The notes beneath the pieces were generated by a model, which was not told where the DNA came from, did no database searches, and was given only the letters and a program-made list of their open reading frames with translations. The translations under genes were made by a program, and so were the position numbers. From positions 1,240,001 through 1,304,000 of the forward strand of contig NW_025766248.1 in the NCBI RefSeq assembly GCF_003918875.1: a stretch of 64,000 nt of DNA. The letters run 5' to 3'. This DNA comes from Haliotis rubra. Its lineage: Eukaryota. Positions 36,150-49,233 of this stretch are shown here, in pieces (position 1 is the first letter of the stretch; every line of letters begins with the position of its first letter).

Positions 36150-36397
36150 ATCCGTGAAGGTCAGGGTTAGACTATTGATCCTCAGTAACCCATGGTTGTC
36201 GTAAGAGGCGACTAACGGGATCGGGTGGTCAGTCTCGCTGACTTGGTTGACACTTGTCATCGGTTCCCAGTTGCGCAGATCGATGCTCATGCTGTTGATC
36301 ACTGGATTGTCTTGTCCAGACTCGATTATTTACAGACCGCCGCCATAATGCTGGACTATTACTGAGTGCGGCAAGAAAACTAAACTCACTCACTCAC
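36150..36397 (+). mobile_element. Full-length family A copy with TSD, followed by (GT)n at 36426-36462
   Basis: TSD TATGAAAAATG. Confidence 0.92.
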
Positions 36398-36422
36398 TAT
36401 GAAAAATGGTGGGGACAGTGGG

Positions 36423-36464
<42 letters not shown>

Positions 36465-38040
36465 TGTTCGTGCATGTGCCTTGTTCAGTGCAAATGCATT
36501 CTGTTAAACTTTTAATAGGGATAACAAGTTCATTATCACTGATACTTTTAATTTGTTAATTTTCTTTTTTTTAAATATTAGAGTGAAATCATATCCGAAA
36601 TTCAGAGATGTCAGATAAGTGTGGCATAAGGTACACGGTAAACTTAACCGAAGCCAGGATGCCAGGATGAGAGATAACGTTTGATGCCGGCACATATTGG
36701 TATATGCAGGCTTCATTGATTCATGTGACGCATGTGAGTCATAAGGGAATGAAAATAATGTAATATTTCATCCAACAATATTCAAGTTATTTATGATACG
36801 ATAACCTGGACAGTTCCGAGTCTGATGAGGCAAACCAATGTTTTTACACCATGAGCAACCAAACAACCAGCCAACCAGTCACTCAACAAACTCCTCAACC
36901 AAGCAAATGCTCCCCAAAAAGCTGAAACCAATTGCAATACAGCAACGAAGATAACTATTAGTCTTTCCATAATGCTGTATAAACTTTCATTTGTGAACTA
37001 GTGAGTGAGTATGGTTTTACGCCACTTTTAGCAATATTCCAGCAATATCACGGCGGGGGACACCGTCTACCATTAGACCATTAGTCTACCCAGCGATCCC
37101 CATTTGTGGACTAAATACACGTGAACTGAGGTATTTCTATGGATCACTCATGCATTGTCCAAAGGATAGACAGAGAAAGTAACTCGGAAACAAGACACAC
37201 ATGAACGAATCTGCCAATGATGCACGTGTCAGTGGCGAGCACGAGCATGGGGCTGACAAACCTGGAACGATCATGTATAGTCAAATACTGGCAAATATAG
37301 CGCAGCACAAGCATGGAGAACCGTAGCCCCCCTTACTTTCAAGACGAGTAAGTAAGGTTTTACGCCGAATATTAGCAATATCTCAGCAATTTCACGTCTG
37401 GAACAGAGAAATCCACAAATTGTGCTTGTGCGCCTTCGTCAATGCAGGCCTTAAGACGACCATAATGATGATGATGATGATGATGATGAATACGGTTCAG
37501 CCAGTTGTAAATGGTAATGAACCAACAACGAAGAATAGGTCGTACAGAGTATGCATGAAGGTAGTAAATAATTCTCAATGCAATAAACAGAGTATAGCAC
37601 AAATTCCAAATTTTCTGCCAAAATTCTCTACTTCCTCTACAACCATGCCATCAATACCCAGACGTGATCTCAGACAGTTAACTAAATATAAGTGCCAGTC
37701 ACTGCCAGACACGAGACAATGGCGGACGAAAACATCCGCATTTCACGTCTGATCAATGCGGAATCTTTAATAAAGTCTGTGGTCTTTTTATCTCGGGAAG
37801 CATCAACAGCATTGTGGGTCTGACTGAATCCATCCTCGTTCATCCAGTGTATGTTACAATAAATACCCTCAACCCATTTGAAACCAAAGTTTCGTGTGGG
37901 ATATGACGTCACAGAATTTTTCTCGACATAGTTCTGATTGCCTCATGCTGTTTTTATGGGACGATTGTCGGATCTATCGAATCGGGTTCTGATGTAAGCT
38001 TTTGTTGTGAATGGGTTGAGGATATTTCTTGTAATAGGAA

Positions 38041-38202
38041 AGCGAGCAAGTGTGGTTTTACGCCTCTTTAGCATTATTCCAACAATATCACGGCGGGGGA
38101 CATAAGAAATGGGCTTCACACATTGCACCCATGTGGGGAATCGAACCCGGGTCCTTGGCGTGGTGAGCAACCGCCTTAACCACCAGGCTACCCTACCGCC
38201 CC
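38041..38202 (-). mobile_element. SINE family B with TSD; adjacent ~70-bp and ~32-bp tandem duplications at 38180-38405
   Basis: TSD TGTAATAGGAA; the duplicated block spans the SINE 5' end and its flank. Confidence 0.88.
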
Positions 38203-39289
38203 TGTAATAGGAAGGAGACAGAACACACTGATAATCGATGATGGAACTTAACCACCGGGCTACCCTACCGCCCGTGTAATAGGAAGGAGACAGAACACAC
38301 TGATAATCGATGATGGAACTAACGCTTCTTTACTGAGTTGGCATACACCTGGGTCCAGTAATAACATGATCGGCATACACCTGGGTCCAGTAATAACATG
38401 ATCGGCATATAGCTGATATATTGCTCTACAGCGTTATTCAACAATAACAACAGCTCTCATTCATGACCTTCCCGCTTGTGTCTTTCTCTCTATTTATGTA
38501 TCCTATGTTGGATATTGCTAAAAGCGGCGTAAAAAAAACCTCACGTGTTGACGTCACAATAAATTGTGTACAAGAAGCTTCAAAATATATAATACCCTAT
38601 CGAACCCCACAGTACATGGCACTACATATAATACCCTCGCCGAGATTAGTCCTTTCTGAAAAGAGTTTATAGTTAGTTACAGGTTTATCATCTTCAAGAC
38701 CTCCAGAAGAACCATCTTCCTGGCCATCGGTCAACCTACATTGATTCGGTATTCTAAACTAGGAGAAGACCAGCTCGCCTGCCGAACACTTAACTTAACG
38801 ATAATATATCACATGCTATAAACCGTACATAGGGGACCGTTTAGTGCAAGGGTCGCGTCCATGGGGATAACAACATCTGTGAACACCTCCACCCACTTGA
38901 CAGTTAAACATTACCTATCAGCATCAGACAGACAGCTGCTTATTCGTATATTCTCCACTTGTTAGCGACTTATTAGTTGACCCGCTTTTGTAGGCATGCT
39001 GCAGTCAGTGTATAAAATGTGATTCACTTTTACAAAATGCCAAAATATCCTAGTCTCATTTGTAGATTGTCCAGTTATTTGACTTTGTGATTTTAAGGGG
39101 TTCAAACATGATAATGGACTTATTATGGCTGGCAAGCCCACTCACCCACCCACGCAAATAAAATCAAACTCAAACAAATGAAAAAAAAAAGAAAATTAAT
39201 CTAAAATAATATAAAATAAAATAAATAAAACCCCTTAATACTTCACTTTTTATCGTTTTCTTTGAATACTACATGTATCGTTGCAGCAC

Positions 39290-39477
39290 AACTAACCACA
39301 CCAACCAAGTAAAACACTAACCTGCCGACCAACCAGCCAACCAACACACAAACAAACCAACACCAACCAAAAACCAACCGACCATCTGAGCGACCAACCT
39401 AGCAACCAAACAACCACACAAACAACACCAACCAAACACCAACCTACCCACCTACCGACCGACCGACCAACCAACTC
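39290..39477. repeat. Degenerate (CAAC)n simple repeat
   Basis: Direct inspection. Confidence 0.85.
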
Positions 39478-40853
39478 AATGTTTGATCGTGATCACTCCT
39501 AGATTTTCTATCATTTATTCCGACTGCGATGAGGATTGCTCCTACTATCAACCACTATTTTGTCTCACCAGAATCCACTATTTACAAGCGGTGCAGCTGG
39601 TCAACAGCTGATGCTGCATTGAACAACTGTCAGTCTCTCAAGCACGGTTTTTCCTTCCCTGAACACCTGGTGTCATCATTGTAAGTTTGCACTCATGTAG
39701 ACACAATAAAATATTAGTATCCGCATGATTGTTTCTTTAAAAATCAAAGACACATACTTAAAGAGTCAGAATATTGTTTAATACATTTGTAAAGCGCCTG
39801 GTTAGCTGCTCGGGTGCTACACAATCTTACTCCCCGTTTAATGGATCAGCTTACACTAAAATTTTATTCTCATTTCCTTTGGGAGTATACATGCGGCCTA
39901 TGGGGCACTGGAAGGTTAACAGTCACATTACGACCACTTAAGTATGTCCGATGGTGTGATTTTCAAGTCACTATGCACTTACATTGATTGTGTTTCAACA
40001 TTAATCTGACTGTAGGTATCAACAATGTTTACAGAACCCTGAAACAATAAAAGCTTTAACCATAGTTATGGGATTGTAGCTGTTAATACTACTTGCATAT
40101 AATTAGATGAATACATAAAGTACAATTACCTGATAACAATAAAACCTTATGTTTCCCTACATTCAATGAGAAGGTATGTGCTGCATTACAAACCAACATA
40201 TGAAAAGGTACATTCTTCAAATTCAAACATTTTAGTCACTGGGAGATGAAATTTTTTTTTATAAATAAAACTAGACGGACATATTTTGCAGCCAGGTTGA
40301 AAATATAAGTGCAATATTAAAGTGTCAGAAAGATGACTACATTATTAAATTTATATCAAGACGTAACGTTAATTCATCTTTGTTGATCAATGTGAGGCTG
40401 CGCCTTTATACTATCTCTTGCGCTTTAGGTATAGCGCAGCAGAGGACGCGAACCAGTCAAGAATTCTGGCATATGGCCCGGGTACCCGCGAAAAAACAAT
40501 AACAAAAGCAAAAAACAGTCCCGGGAAAGTTTTCTAGATCCGTTAAACCTTTACATACACCTGTGAAGGTCCGGGTTAGAACTGGTCTTCAGCAACCCAT
40601 TCTTGCCGTAAAAGGGGACAAACGGGATTGGGTGGTCAGGCTCGCTGACTTTATACCACTAATTATGTCCATTACAAATTCGTTAACTTGGCATCAACTG
40701 TCTTTGTATCTTGTCAGTATCTGCAAAAAAGATTTCGTGTTCCGACTCTGATTAAATCGATCCCAGGCCACATTTTGTTGCTACGATCGACCGACGGATA
40801 GATAAACATTATGATGTGTACCCTGTGGAATGCCCCTTTTGCCCGTCTGAATC

Positions 40854-41015
40854 AGTGAGTGAGTGAGTTTAGTTTTACGGCACTTTTAGCAATATTCCAG
40901 CAATAACACGGCGGGGGACACCAGAAACGGGCTTTACACAATGTACGCATGTCGGGGATCGAACCCGGATCTTCCGCGTGACGAGCGTACGCTTTAACCA
41001 GGCTACCCAACCGCC
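40854..41015 (-). mobile_element. SINE family B copy
   Basis: Consensus match. Confidence 0.88.
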
Positions 41016-41689
41016 TGCAGCAACCACGTATGAATACGTGTGGAAATAACTACGGATAAGTGTTAACGTAATTACGGATGCGGTGAGAAAAACTCCAGAC
41101 AGGTGTTATTGCGGCTTAACTTTTGCAATCAAATCACGATCTAACGGATTACTGACGTCGAAAGTTAATCACCTTGAGGAAGGGTAATTTGTTTTCGATT
41201 CGCAATCTGTCTGGTACCCACCTACCGTCCTGCAGTCATCTGTATTCATTCTTGTGTCAAGGTAATATGCAGCTCCCCAGGATTGTGTCTGAATCGATGA
41301 CGTTACATAACAAATATGACACTAATTGTCCATTGGCGCCAAATAATGTCATCACTTACAAAAGAAACACAGTTGGGTGCAATTTCCAAGTTTGGCCAGC
41401 TTCACGTTGATTAGCGGTGAACAAGGGAAGGCTTTATGGCGAATATCGATACCGTGACACCGGTTTGATTGTTGACATGTCCTTGACCAATAAGGAACCT
41501 GAATTCACGTGGCTTTGAACTGTGGAGAAAACGTAACAACAGGGCATCTTAAAGGGGCACAGGGACCTTTTTTGTATTTGTGATTGTTGACTTGACCTTG
41601 ACCAATGACGTAGAGACGTCACGTGCCTTTAGGCTGAGGAGAATTCGCAACAACAGGGCATCTTAAAAGGGAAAGGTGCTTCAAAATCC

Positions 41690-41846
41690 AATCCAATGAT
41701 CAACAGCATGAGCATCGACCTGCGCAATTGGGAACCGATGACATGAGTCAACCAAGCCAGCGAGCCTGACCACCCGATCCCGTTAGTCGCCTCTTACGAC
41801 AAGCATGGGTTACTGAAGGTTCATTCAAACCCGGACCTTCACGGGT
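41690..41846 (-). mobile_element. Family A copy, 5' half
   Basis: Consensus match. Confidence 0.88.
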
Positions 41847-41889
41847 GGTCCGGTACAGACGCGACAATTTACAGACCGCTGTCTGTAAA

Positions 41890-42116
41890 NNNNNNNNNNN
41901 NNNNNNNNNNNNNNNNNNNNNNNNNNNNNNNNNNNNNNNNNNNNNNNNNNNNNNNNNNNNNNNNNNNNNNNNNNNNNNNNNNNNNNNNNNNNNNNNNNNN
42001 NNNNNNNNNNNNNNNNNNNNNNNNNNNNNNNNNNNNNNNNNNNNNNNNNNNNNNNNNNNNNNNNNNNNNNNNNNNNNNNNNNNNNNNNNNNNNNNNNNNN
42101 NNNNNNNNNNNNNNNN
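41890..42116. other. Assembly gap (N run)
   Basis: Ns. Confidence 1.
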
Positions 42117-44747
42117 TGGAATTCTTTATTAAAGGCGGACTCCGTTGTACAATTCCGACTAAAACACAAGCATTCCTATATGAATCTCTATCAAACAGTA
42201 ATGGCACCAGATGTTGGCAAAACGGTTAGTGTACTTTAAAACTAAGCGGCTGTCAACAGCACATGTTCAGCAAACAATTTGATTTCTTTGAGTGAAAACC
42301 GGTCACAAATTACTTTTCTCTCACCTTTTGTTTTTCAAGTTACGCTTCTAAAAATAATATCAGCCCGTTCTACGCCCCCGACCTCAGAAGAGCAGATGGT
42401 CGGTAAGCATTTAATCCAGACTTCGAGACGTAAAGTTACATGTTTTTCAGTTTCGTTTGACATTAACGTATTAAAAAATCTGATACATACAAATCCTTTG
42501 AACTGACTAGGTGCCATGAAGGATTAGATTTTGAAATAGCGCTTTGATTTAGCACATGTAATTGAAACGTCCACTGGTGGTCAGTGTTAAGTTTCATTCG
42601 AAGGAACCTGCCCCATGATGAAACGCCGTCGCTATCAAAGGTTGCGTGATTGAAATGATGACTTAAATTTCTAATTGTCAGATTTCTTTTCATCTCAAGC
42701 ACTATCCCTTCCACAACAACGCCGAATGTCTACACGTTACATCCTACAGAGATACCACTCGTAATGCAAGACTGGCCTTTTCATTGCAGGCTTAATAATG
42801 ACCTGTGATTCTTGGACAAGAGTTGTTTGATCTGAAGGAACATGTGGGGGCTTTGACGCTTTATTGATTTTTATAACAATTACTTTTTTAGGTTTTACTT
42901 TAATAAATGTCATCCCTAGATTTGGAGTTTGGTGTCAGGTGAGTAAAATATGTTTGAAATGTTGCGTGACTTCATCCACATCTTCAATGCCTGCATTAAC
43001 AAGCCAGCAGTGGTATATACTCAGCGAACCCATTTGCCATCCACTCCCCACTGTGCATGCTGTTATCAGCCAACATGATGACATGTTAATGTTAGCAATG
43101 TCATATTATAGAATTGCTAAATTATCTTGCCATGGTATTTCATTGTCACAGTTCTTCAATGTTCAAATGATTGATTAATCTGTGATTTGAAATGGTAGTC
43201 AGCAACCCAGCCACGTCGTTAGGGAGACTTACAGGACTGGGTGGTCAGGCACGCTGACTTGGTTGACAGTGTCATCGTATCCCTGTTACGTAGATCGATG
43301 TTCATGATGTCAATCACTGGATTGTCTGATCCAAACGCAATCCATTTACAGATCGCCGTTCCATAGCGGTAATATTGTATAGCGTTAAAGTAAAAAACAA
43401 AGTACAACCCCACACAAACGAACCAAAACACCCAGATCTAGATCTAGAAGGCTGTTGTTCATTATAGTCCACTTCAATGGAGGCAGGTTCTACTTTCACT
43501 TCATTTATGCTAATACAGTGACAATTCCCACTGCTCTATTTCAAATAAATCATCCTTATGTGTAATTAGTATTTATGGAAGCAAAACCGTTAAACCTGTC
43601 TGTGTGCGGAGTGAATACACACAGCTTGTTAGTACTTAGTTGTGTTGATAGCAAACATTTCACGCGTAGGTTGAGTACATTTGTTTGTTGAGTGTATTCT
43701 GTATACATGGAATCAATTCTTCAGCTGTAGAAACGAATCCATCCAACTGGCTCGGTTTCAATGAGCGATGTAAGACAAACTTTACTTTAATCAAAAGCAT
43801 TGATTATTGCTATTCTTTGCCTCCTACTGTCATCTACTAAAATGATTCTGATTCTGGCCCACATGTTTTGATGGATTTGATGGAAAATAGTCTATTTCCA
43901 CCATCCGAGGTCACCATGGAAACAACAGGACGTATTTACTCAAGTTAACGGTTTCAGTCGGGATGTCTAGAAATTCTAACAATGTTGATCATTATTACCA
44001 AATGTAAAAACCCATCTACTTTACTTATTGGTAATATTCTAAGTATGAGATGGTTTAAAGAGTCAGACAATAGCATATGATGTAAGTTTTCGAAATACCC
44101 TGACCACATCTTACCAAGAGACGCTGAAAGATTTACATCAACCTTATTTCACCTTAGCGCCTCTTTTCGAAACTTTGGATAAGGTGGTGATTCAGAAAGT
44201 GAATTGCCAGACATAGAACACACATCTTGCTATCTCAGGATCAAAGTGTTTTAAGGACGCCTGTGATAAAACAGTCCTTAAACATTTTATGAGTGAGTGA
44301 GTGAGTTAAAATGTATCGTGACATCGGCAATATTTCAGCCATATCGTGACGTGTCTTTTCTTGGATAGAAAGGAAGGTGTTTAATGACTTGCGAGATCGT
44401 CGAACGACTCGGAGCGAACATCAGTGTATTAAAAATACCATTTTGATTATTTTGCTGTATTGGCAACTATTCTAAATTACATTAAGCTCAGTCCTCCGTA
44501 CTTACATTAAATGACTGTGAGTGGAAGGACGTGTGTCGCGTCAGAAGTCATCGATTTAGTTTGCACATAACATATTCCAGTAGAGACATATTTTAATAAA
44601 TGCGCAATTTAAGAGCGAAAATTGACTTGCCATATATTTGTCAAACAGACGGTAGTATTTGTTTTTTCTCAAGAGAGTTAAAACTTGCTCTTCCGATTTC
44701 GGAGTCCGTCATAGCTTCTAAATGCACCAGTATCCCTTCTCCCAAAG

Positions 44748-44963
44748 GGTGAGTGAGTGTGTTACGCCGATTTTAGCAATATACAAGCAATATCAGGGCG
44801 GGGGACACCGGAAATGGGCTTCACACATTGCACCCGTGTGGGGAATCAAACCCGGGTCTTCAGCGTGACGAGCAAATGCTTTAAGTACTAGGCTACCCCA
44901 TCTTCCCCGAAAGAAGAAGAAGAAGAAGAAGAAGAAGAAGAAGAAGAAGAAGAAGAAGAAGAA
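44748..44963 (-). mobile_element. SINE family B copy (44748-44909) next to a (GAA)n microsatellite
   Basis: Consensus match; GAA repeat 44909-44963. Confidence 0.85.
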
Positions 44964-47829
44964 ACACAACAGCAACTAGCCAAACAATGAAATGATGATG
45001 AGTATGATAATGGGTGACAAATATTCAGTATTTTAAATTGTATCACAAGTTCCAGTGTTTTTTTCCGGCGTTGCCTTGTACTTCCGTGTGTTTGTGACAG
45101 GATACGCACAAAGTTTACCTAGCTAATATTTGATAGTGAGTCAAAAACATATGTCTTTGCTCTTGCAGGAATCGTACAAGGGAATATTGATTCTTGTAGA
45201 TACTTCTTATGAATACTTGAAATGTTTTGGCCGTTCTTATGTACATTTCCTAATCCTAAGGTCAAAAAGGGCCCTCACCATCCTGTCCTATACAGAGAAC
45301 GATCAGTCAATGCGTCGCTTACTACAGATATATTTCATGAACACGACATGCGTTCAGTCTGTTGACTTGTGGTGTCTATGGAACCATGACGGACCTCGCA
45401 TGACTATAATTCATACATTTCTCATTATCTTGATATTACAAGCATACCGTTGGTGTTGACGTAGTGGCGCCATTCTGTGTTAGACTCTGGCATCAAAACC
45501 ATGCCATAACACTCGTAAAGGAAGGTCAGGATCACGGTATTATTGACTCCCCGAAGTTTGACGTGTCTGGTTGTCGTTTATACTGACATAGGTCTTTGAT
45601 CATAGACTCTTTTCTCGATCGGCGGCCATTAAAAATCTAAAACGAGGCTCGCTGTTCGTAAAAACTACGTCAGCTCTTACGGCTACCGCTTAAGCAAAAC
45701 ACAGGATCATCGACATCGTGAACAGCCATGTCAACACAATCAAAGATCTTGTCAGCTTTGAGAGAATTGGTATTGAAGATTGGGCGAACCACAACCTCAT
45801 TCCAAGAGCCCAGCATCTAAAAGGATATTGGAACTTCGCGAATCTTGTAATCATGACGTTGAAAAAGAAAAGGTTTTGTAGATTGAATAATTCATTGCAA
45901 TCCTTAAAACGTCTTCTTCGACATATCAGTTTCGAAATGCCACTTAAAAGTTATGTTGAATGAGAATACTCAGTTTGTCTATGGTATCATATCAGGTAAT
46001 TATTTAATATCAATTACCGAAAATATGAGTATCTGGCGCGTTACGTATTTGTGTATTTAATCAGTTGTGATTAGACATTTACAAAACTATTTAATAAACT
46101 TGAAGCACATTGTTAAGCATATGCATGTAATCACAAAATCTTTCATAAAATCCAAAAGTCCTACTTTATATAGATGGCTATCTAAAATTATCTCGTTGGT
46201 TATCCATTCGTCCTGCATCCTCGCTTGTCTCAGCTACGTTATTCTGTATGTTTAAACACTGGTATCCATGTTTTCATTCTGGGGAAATAACCCGGTAAGC
46301 TGCCGGCTACCATATAAGTATGTGCCGGTACATGAACAATTTAGAAAAACTAATGAATGGCTGAATTTTGAGATCATTTTTGTATCTATTAAACTTTTAC
46401 AATCAACTAACCTCGTCACGCCCATCATTATAATAATCGAAACCAGTCTTGAAAGCTACTGGCAAAGTCATTTTGAATTGGCAAATAGACATAGTAAAGC
46501 GATATTAATGCATAAATATTTGATTAATTGCAAACATGATTTATTCATAAAGATCCTTGAACCCAATACATGGTGAAGGAAATTGTTCATTATTCTCTTT
46601 ATGTTGTCCAGCTTTTATCTTGACTATTAGTCCAGGTGGTTTCCATATTTCCATCACTATTATCAGATGATATATCAGTGCTTATCACGATCATCAACCA
46701 GTGCTAATTATTCCCTTGTCGTAATATCTGTCAGTACTACTTTACTCCTGTGTTTCACACCAATTGAAGACTGGTTTCTGTTGTTAGTTGTACACCATTT
46801 CTTATTACTCACATACCTATCTTCATCGTATCTTTTATTCACCTGATGACGGAGTAACAATGTGAAGAAGTTGACATTCCTACATTTTCCCCATGATGTG
46901 TATCTCTTCTGAATGACTTCATGTACACGTTGCTTTGTCAAACTTACATTTTGTTGTTTAACGCCACACGTAGCAATATTCCAGCTATATGACGGCCGTC
47001 TGTAGCATTGTCGAGTCTGGGCCAGACTATCCGGTGATCAACAACATGAACACCGTTCTACGCAAATGGGCTACAATAACATGTGTCGACCATATTTTGG
47101 CCAGCTATAAAAAGCGTTAGAGCATAGCTATGTAAACGTTAAGTAGGTTTATAGCAAAAGATCCATACTCTCTCCAAAAGTGGTCTCAGTGATTTGAAAC
47201 GTCTTATGTTTGTTTCGTTTTTCTAAATATGTCATTAGCTTTTCTCTCTTAAACTTGTCCCTTCTCTCCTTCCTCCCACTGTTCTTACTCTTTCATATTG
47301 ATATTCCTATTGTAAACTGTTTTCTTCAAACACGGATATATGCTGTACATAGTTTAATATATTTACATGTATTAATATATTTGAACGTCATTTAGAAGTG
47401 ATACACATAAAAGGTGAAAATGTATGGATGTCAACGTGTTTATTCTGTGCTGGGTTTAATGTCGTCACGAACTCCATTCAGTGCTAATAGTCCCCTCCAT
47501 TGCCCATTAGCTATCAGTGCTTGATCACCCAACAGGACCATTTATGCCTGGGTTAATTCTTGGCTTCTATTTGTTAATTGCCATTACCATTCAGCATCCA
47601 GCGCCAATTAACTACTGGCTTTCCTTGTTGAGTACCCACCATTGTTTGTTATTACTGTTGTTGATTTACAGGTACTTCATCATTCACCAGATGAAGGAGC
47701 AAGAATGTACTCTGGAAATCGTGCTCCTCATAATAAAGAAGTTGGCATCCATAAATTCTTACATTCTTTGGACCCATAAGGTCATGTAGGCTCCATTGCA
47801 CAAGCATGGCCTTTTCTGGACTGTTAAAC

Positions 47830-48100
47830 TTTTCAAAAATACAGCCTCGAGCCCCTATCTGATGGCCCTGTTGACATGTATACGTTACCTTGCAATCTTT
47901 TAGGTTTCGCCGCCCGCCCATTGTAAGTAAATTTTGTATAGGAGTCAACCCTTAAATGCCATGTATTATCTCCAACATCAAGCGGATCTGAAACACCAGT
48001 TTCCTTAGTTATTTCTTTATCAGGGATGGACTCGGCATAAAGAGAGCAGATACGGCTTTCAATGGCTTTTGGTGCAGTACCAATAAGTCCCATCAAAGTG
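47830..48100 (-). pseudogene. Harbinger/ISL2EU-type DDE_Tnp_4 transposase fragment
   Basis: LMGLIGTAP..SLYAESIPDKEITKETG..LDVGDN/MAFKG..IQNLL...ET*KIAR*RIHVNRAIR, across frameshifts. Confidence 0.8.
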
Positions 48101-48445
48101 GATGTAACAAACTAGAAAACTAGAATACGCCCCTAAATACCTGGTTTTGGCACTTGGAGTTTGGATTCATATTTTTGTAGTTTTTTATTTAGCCTTGAAT
48201 ATGAGGCATCCTGGCATGCGCGTGTTGAACAACAACAAACCAACAAGGTAGCGTTTCCAACGTGATGTATAGATAATTAGAGCTGGTTGTCGGGGTTTTA
48301 CACAAGGAAATAACAGAAAAATCCTATCTAACTGCTCGGTCAGCTGATGGAGATTGTTTGCTTGCTTGTTTAACGGCGCACACAGCAATATTCAAGCTAT
48401 GTGGTGGTGGTCTATAAATATTCAAGTAATAACAGCATGATCATC

Positions 48446-48882
48446 AATGAAATACACAATGCCATTTAGAAAGTGCTCAAATGTAACATATGTTATATTT
48501 GGGATTACACTTTCTTTGTAAAGTACAGATTCTCTTACTTTTGTTGGGTTGAGTCCCGTACTAGAATCTGTACTTTACAAAGAAAGTTTGACCACTTTCT
48601 AAATGGTATTGTGTATTTCATAGCTTTTGGCCTTGGGAGCCGTGCCAATTAACACTTATCAGAGGGGTACACAAAGTCCGCAGTCTAGACTACCAGCTGT
48701 CCGACTTCCATTTTTGTGGAAGCCGCGGTGGCTGACCGGTTTAGGCGTCTGACTTTGTGTGCTGGCGATTAGGTGCCTGACTCTGAGGGTGTGGGTTCGA
48801 ATCATGGATGGGACTCAACTCAACAAAAGTACTAGAATCTGTATTTTACAAAGAAAGTGTAATCCCAAATATAACATATGTT
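48446..48882. mobile_element. Family C inverted plus tandem array with 14-bp TSD
   Basis: Inverted tail 48447-48557, then tail-spacer-head-tail 48558-48882; TSD 48432-48445 and 48883-48896. Confidence 0.88.
48609..48675 (-). ncRNA. Degenerate type I hammerhead-like motif
   Basis: UUGUGUA..CUGAUAAG-[hairpins]-CAAAAGCUA^UGAAAUACACAA; distal helix I UUGUGUA/UACACAA; palindromic AGCU helix III; G8 and G12 are A in this copy. Confidence 0.45.
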
Positions 48883-49086
48883 ACAGCATGATCATCGATC
48901 CACACAATGGGGATACGATGACGTGTCATCCAAGTCAGCGAGCCTGAACACCCGACCCCGTTAGTCGTCTCTTACGACAAGCATGGGTATGCTGAAGACT
49001 AACCTGGATCTTCACGGGTAGCACCGTAACATGTACTTATTTTCACCCCAACGTTTTGTTTGAATTTTGTGCAAAAAAATAAGCAC

Positions 49087-49233
49087 CTTTAACGATGAAA
49101 CAACATCTTGACGCATCTGTACTATCCATTGTTCAAGATGATCGTCCTTCGGTATGCTATGAATGGTCAGCTTGTTTTTCGTGTCGGATCTTGAATCGCC
49201 GAAGAAGCGTTGTACGCAACAGTACTGCGCCAT
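49087..49233 (-). pseudogene. THAP-domain first exon, probably of the same transposase
   Basis: MAQYCCVQR..LTIHSIPKDDHLEQWIVQMRQDV..LK followed by a GT donor. Confidence 0.75.

Larger units (their letters stand above)
48357..49018 (-). mobile_element. Family A copy split by a family C insertion
   Basis: A sequence resumes exactly across the duplicated ACAGCATGATCATC. Confidence 0.85.

Noticed and set aside
39520-39960. Possible CR1 RT relic (ECKL/YNDDT on minus)
   Set aside because: Too short and degraded to support a call
41825-42207. ORFs spanning N runs (also 63592-63942)
   Set aside because: Artefacts of assembly gaps
47652-47830. Second P2X7-ballast-like motif (LVQWSLHDLMGPKNVR...ARFPEY) after the DDE fragment
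   Set aside because: Needs several frameshifts and could be chance or part of a convergent ORF
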